DNA of 64,000 nucleotides from the human T2T-CHM13v2.0 reference genome, Homo sapiens. The notes under the pieces were generated by a model that was not told where the DNA came from, did no database searches, and saw only the letters and a program-made list of their open reading frames with translations. A program made the position numbers and the translations under genes. Within the stretch, counting starts at the first letter, position 1, and each line of letters begins with the position of its first letter. The stretch is taken from NCBI RefSeq assembly GCF_009914755.1, contig NC_060931.1; one strand, given 5' to 3'. Positions 58,651 through 64,000 of the stretch are shown piece after piece.

Positions 58651-59751
58651 GGCTCTGGCCTTTTTATTCTGTTCTGACAAGTGAAATCCTGTCAAGTAGG
58701 AGGTCCAGTACATCAGGAAATCTGAAGGGACTGAGGCTTAGGTGATGCGGAATCAGAGGGATGGCATGCTGAACAGGGAAGGCAGGTGGAGGAGACTTTT
58801 TAGCTAAACTTGAAAACAAAACTATTAGAAGGAAAGGCCATCTGTATTTAAAAAATTATCACACACCTTTGTAAGACTGTGTAAAAAAACCTTTTTGAAA
58901 AGCCAATTCAATCTCACACATTTGTCTCTTGTATAACAGAGCCCTTAAAAGCCTCCAAAGACCATTTTCTGCTCATTGGTCTTCAAAGGTAGTGGTATTC
59001 GACTTGAGAACGGTTACTTTAGAAGTTATATAAATGGTCACTTTTTTTTTTTTTGTCAGACAGAGAATCCTTTGACTCTAGGTCTGTGTCTTTTCCCACT
59101 TCCTCAAGAGAAACTCATCAATAAATGTGATGAATCCCTGGCCTTCTAGAATGTTACTAGAGGTTTACTGTTGACAGGAGCAAAACTGGGTTTGAAGCAT
59201 CCAATTCCAGAGTGTAAGTCTGCACACATAACAAACAAAAGAGAGCAAGTGGATTTGGGTGATGGAACTCAGGTTTGTTAGGTTTCTGGAACAGGAAGAT
59301 TGAAGATGTGCAGCAGAATGTCGGTGCGGGGGGCTGGAAGCCACAGGATGAGCACAACCTGTTTTGGGACATCAATTTTACACATTGGTAAACATTTAAA
59401 ACACAGTTTAAAAGCAAACAGATGTATTATGATATAAAAGAAAAATTTTACCAAATGTTAAGATAAAATGATTAGACTTAGAAGAAATACTGAGCCTTGG
59501 GTGACCTTAGACCATGCCCTCAGACTCCAGAGGGCAGAGGAGGTTCTGGTCATTCCCCTGCATGGACAGGGATACTTCAGTGGGGAAAACTGAGAAAACT
59601 TGCTCTAAAACTACAGTGCCCCTAAAAAGGGGAAAGAAAGAGGGAGCCCCTTATGGAAGACCTGCAACTGTCTAGTGGGCTTGGAGGGAGATGTTGATGG
59701 GCCAAGCCCATGCAGAAGGCCTTGAGAGCTGCCCAAATGGGGTCAAGACCG

Positions 59752-59895
59752 TTGCATTCACTCATTCACCCATCCATCCACCTTATAAGGATTTATTAAA
59801 TGCTTCCTATGTATCTAGGATAATAATTAGCAACGAAGACAAAAATCGATAAGAAAGACTGTATTCTCAAGGAATTCAATGCCTAGTGCAAGAGT
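59752..59895 (-). mobile_element. L2 fragment
   Basis: cattcactcattca..atttattaaatgcttcctatgt. Confidence 0.6.
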
Positions 59896-60289
59896 CTCAA
59901 TGTTCTTCCTGCCCCAACATATATCATTACAAAAATATTTGTTAAATCTCTTGTCTAATGTCAGATACTGTTCCAAGTGATTTACATGAAGTGGCTCATT
60001 TAATCTTTACAATAACCCTATAATTCACATACTATTATCATCTCTGTTACACAGCTGAGGGGCAGGTGGACTGTGTTTTCCAGACTGAGTCATTGTTCAG
60101 AAGGCATACATGTTTACAAATCATTATAATATCGGGATATCAGTGTAAGTGGAACAAGAGTATGAGACTAATTATTTCTAAGGAAGCTGATCCCAGATGG
60201 ATGACCAACAGGAAATGGAAAACCCCGACATGGAAATCCGTTCTTTTTCCTGCTTCTTATCACAGAATCTCAAGCCCTGTGATGTGACT

Positions 60290-61075
60290 CTTCACAGCAT
60301 TTGACCTGTAGTGAACAACTTCAGTAGCAAAGCATTTCTGACCTCACAGGCAGCCCATTCTGTCTTTGGCTAGCTTGAATGTTGGGATATATTTTACTGT
60401 ATATTGTACCAGAATTCATCTCCTGATAATTTCTGAAAACCTGCCCTAGTTATGTTTCTCTTTTTCCCCGGCTTTACAGAGTTATAATTGACAAATAGCA
60501 ATTGTTTGTATTTATAGTGTACAAGGCAATGCTTTGCCTAATTCTGCTTTTTAGAACGGCTTTTCCTAATGTTCTACGTACGACGTTAATAAGCATTACA
60601 TGGGGAAATAAAAGACGAGATTGTGGTTCAGTAAGTTTGGTAAATAATCTTGAACAAAGGTTTCTTTATTAGAGGATTTTCTCAGACTCTTCTGTACGCT
60701 AATGTTCTTTGTGAACTTCAGAGGGGCTTACCTTTGTGACATTTTCCAAATTTATTTACCCACACAACTCTTTGCCTGAATGCCACATACTAATGCTCCA
60801 CTGGAAATGGCTGGGGAGGTAAGGCTGGGCTGTCTCACAGTTATAAGGAGCCTGGTTCTCCTTTCTCAGGCCAGCTTTTCAAATGGTTGTGTGTGCGCTA
60901 TGAATACAATCTTCTCCAAACTAAGCATCCTTGCATCTTTCAGTCTTCTTCATGGTCGGGTTTTCAGACCTTTCTTTCTCTGGTCATCCTTCTCTGGGCA
61001 GCTCCAGTTTGCCAATGTGTGTTGCTCCTAATGCATGGGGTTCAAAACAGGGTATAGTAATCCTAAGGTGGATTT
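60290..61075 (-). mobile_element. L3/CR1 fragments interrupted by a short L1 tail and a hAT relic
   Basis: aggcagcccattc; tcttctccaaactaagcatcc..ttttcagacct..cttctctgg. Confidence 0.55.
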
Positions 61076-61849
61076 TGGGTTGGTTCCAATGAGCACATCT
61101 GGAACCCTTGGGACATTGTCATTCTGCTCCTTTGTTTACAACCTCATAGGGAGGATTAACCAACTGTCAGCATAGAAATGACGGACTCTAGAAGCAAGAG
61201 AAACTGGTGGAATTTGGAGCAGTTCAGAGAACAAATAGAATGTTTTTTAGTTTTGAAAGTTTGGGATATGTTAAATAATCAAACATTTGGGAGCCTACTA
61301 TGTGCAAGGCACTACAGAGGATAGAAAAGTTGTGAGCCATTAGTCTTTCACTCATAAATCTGAACGTTGATCTCAGGAGATGGTTAACAGAACAGGCCAA
61401 AAATATAAGATAGTATCGCCAATGCTGAAGGATGCAGATGAAGTAGGGTTTTGGGAATTCAAGGAAGATTCGCTGCTAGCTGTTTATGTATTTCCTCCAT
61501 AGACTCTCATCCACACATTGAGGATGAATAAACATCACCAATGGGTTGAAAGAGGTGGTCTTGCTTGAAGAATGTATGTGCTTCCAAATAGCTCAGCAGT
61601 GAAGTGAACTTTTGATCATGGAATACTTTCTCCCAGTGATATTTTATAACATTATAAATGTGTTTTCTGGAAGAAGGTCATGTTTACTCCAAGTCAAAAG
61701 TCATGTCCTGAACTGGATTCAACTTCTAAAAAGTCATACGCTTAAAAGCCAAAACAGAGAGTAAGTTTTTTAGGGTACAAAGTATTATTCAGAATAAGTT
61801 AAGAAATACAAGTACTTTCTTCTCAAAGTAACTCCCACACTCAAGGTGG

Positions 61850-62075
61850 GGCATTATAGTGGCTAAGAGCACAAATGTTGGAGCCAGACCATCTTGTTTC
61901 TATCCCTGTTCTTCTACTTGTTAAGTGAATGACCCTGGCTGTGTACTTCTCACTATCTTGTTTTGCTTTTTTTTTTTTTTTTTTTAAAATGCAGATGTTA
62001 AATAATGCTTATTTCATGGACTGGTATGAGTGTCAATGCAACACATACAGTCTATGTGTTTTAAGTGCTTTGCAG
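61850..62075 (+). mobile_element. MIR
   Basis: atagtggctaagagcac..tggagccagac. Confidence 0.65.
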
Positions 62076-62089
62076 ATAAAAAGACAGGG

Positions 62090-62602
62090 TATCTCTTTTT
62101 ATTTGTTACTATGTAACAAATCACTCTAACACTTAGTAACTTGAAACAAGAATCATCATTTATTATCTTTCATATTTTCTGGCGGTATGGAGTTCAGGAG
62201 CAGCTTAGCTGGGTGATTCTGTTGTGATTTCTCAAGTTGCAGTCGGATGTCTGTTGGAGCTGAGGTCATCTGAAGGCATAACCGGGGCTGGAAGATCCAC
62301 TTCCAAGGTGGCTCACTCATGTGGCAGGCAAGTTGGTGCTGGCTGTTGTCAGGAGGCCTCAGTTCACCTTCACATGTGCCTCTGCATAGGATTGTTTGAG
62401 TGTCCTTACAACATGGCAGCCACCTTCCCCCTGGAGTGAGAGACCTAAGAGACTGATGTGGAAGTGCAATGCCTTTTATGACCTATCTTTGGAAATCATA
62501 CACGGTCGCTTCACCTTTATTCCACTCTTATTTAATGTGAGACGGGGCTACACAAGGGCATGATGCTATCAGTGGGGGTCATCTTGGAGACTGGCTACTA
62601 CA
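62090..62602 (-). mobile_element. MLT1G/H-type LTR
   Basis: cagcttagctggg..ggggctggaagatccacttccaaggtggctcactca..ggagactggctactaca. Confidence 0.8.
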
Positions 62603-62673
62603 CCCTTCAAAAAGGCACTATGTCCTATTGTGTTACTGATACTAGGTATAGGAAACTTAAATACAGAATATTT

Positions 62674-62833
62674 TATTTATTTTATTTATTTTGAGACAGG
62701 ATCTCACTCTGTGGCTCAGGCTGGAGTGCAGTGGTGCTCACTGCAGCCTTCACCTCCTGGGCTCAATTGATCCTCCCACCTGAGCCTCCCAAGTAGGTGG
62801 GACTACAGGTGTGCACCACCATGCCCAGCTAAT
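62674..62833 (-). mobile_element. 5'-truncated AluJ (right arm)
   Basis: 12-bp TSD TACAGAATATTT. Confidence 0.9.
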
Positions 62834-62944
62834 TACAGAATATTTAGAAATCATGCAGTCCATGTAGATACTCAGCATTGTTTTCCTGAAGGAGAGTTCT
62901 GTTAACATGACTCCATTGCTGTAAATCACATATCACATGGTTTG

Positions 62945-63450
62945 GATTGGGTTCTCCTGAAAGCAGAGCCTGAGACAATGACTTGGGTACTAGGAGTTTA
63001 TTTGGGAAATGGTCCCAGGAAGCAGGAGGATGGGAGTGGGGACAGTGAGCAGGGAAGAAGGGAAAGCCAATATAAAGGTATGTCATGGAGGCTGCTGCTA
63101 TAGCTACTTTGGACTTGATTCCTCTGGGACCTCCTAAGAAGGGGACTGAATGCCTCCCAGCATTATCTACTTGAAAGATGGGAGGCCAGGGCATTTATCC
63201 ACCGACTCCCTCCTTCCACTGACTGAGGGCTTCCCCAGGGGGATTAGCTTCCCTTGCACTTAGGATCTGTGCTTGTGCTCAGGCTGAGGGGCCCCATGGG
63301 ATTGGAGAAGACTCAGCCAAAAAGTAGAACTGTTGGCTCTTGCTGGAGGGAGGATCCTGTCAGCACAAGTGGGTCTGGGCTCACACAGCTGTGGCAGAAA
63401 TCAGAGGTGGGCTGAGGGATGTGATGTAGACACCAGAGGCATTTGCTACA
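62945..63450 (-). mobile_element. LTR33-like ERVL LTR
   Basis: aagcagagcctgagacaa..gtttatttgggaa..cccaggaagca. Confidence 0.7.
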
Positions 63451-63480
63451 TCAGGTTTGTAGGAGTTAGGGATTAGGTGG

Positions 63481-63912
63481 CTGTGATAGTTCAGCTCCTC
63501 CAAGAAGCAGATGTTAAGGTGGGAATAGATGTGCAAGGACTGTTTTGGGGGATATGCCTTGAGGAATAGGAGGAGGGAGCTGGAGGAGGCTGGGAGAGCT
63601 GTCAGACTGTGATACAAGTCTGCCCCTGGGGAGGAGAGAGGGAAGGAGGAAAGGTTGGGTAGAAAGTCTTAGGTTGTGGTGCAGGTCTAGGAAAGGTTCA
63701 GCCAGGCTGATGGGGAGGCCTCAAGCGAAAGTCCTCATTGGAAGAGTCCTGGTTTCACAGGCATAGACCTGCCTTTGTGCCCCAGCCTGCATGAAGCATG
63801 GCCTCTGTGCAGACAAACACAGTGGTGGATTCTGAGCACCTCAGCTCAGCTGTCAGGCAGTTATTCTCCCTGCAATCATTGATCTGAAAGGTCTATTTTT
63901 ATGGCTGCCACA
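63481..63912 (-). mobile_element. LTR16A-like ERVL LTR
   Basis: aagaagcagatg..gtgcaag; cagactgtgat; gcatggcctc..tggctgccaca. Confidence 0.65.
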
Positions 63913-64000
63913 GGTAGTGTCATGCGTGGACAGCACAGGTAGCTGCAACAAAGCTTGTATTCGGGGGAAACCAGAGGTCATGCATCCGTATATGCTAACA

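Overview
Primate (human-like) non-coding genomic DNA: it is CpG-depleted with no CpG island and carries about 30 Alus (J, S and one Y), fragmented L1M/L1MA/L1PA, L2, L3/CR1, MIR, MaLR/ERVL/ERV1 solo LTRs and Tigger/hAT relics, often nested. I can support no intact protein-coding gene, tRNA, rRNA, snRNA or CRISPR array, and cannot name the locus. The ORF track is explained by repeats and low-complexity sequence; the only recognisable protein remnant is L1 ORF2. Repeat family names come from recalled consensus sequences, and many boundaries are approximate. The most unusual items are: (1) a ~190-bp multi-arm foldback at 50167-50359 with competing pairing partners; (2) a strong CTCF core plus upstream motif at 36309-36338; (3) a ~600-bp unassigned segment with an exon-like unit that splits an L2 at 36704-37306; (4) a 270-bp G-free pyrimidine VNTR rich in PRDM9-type 13-mers. 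I found no convincing new multi-gene system.
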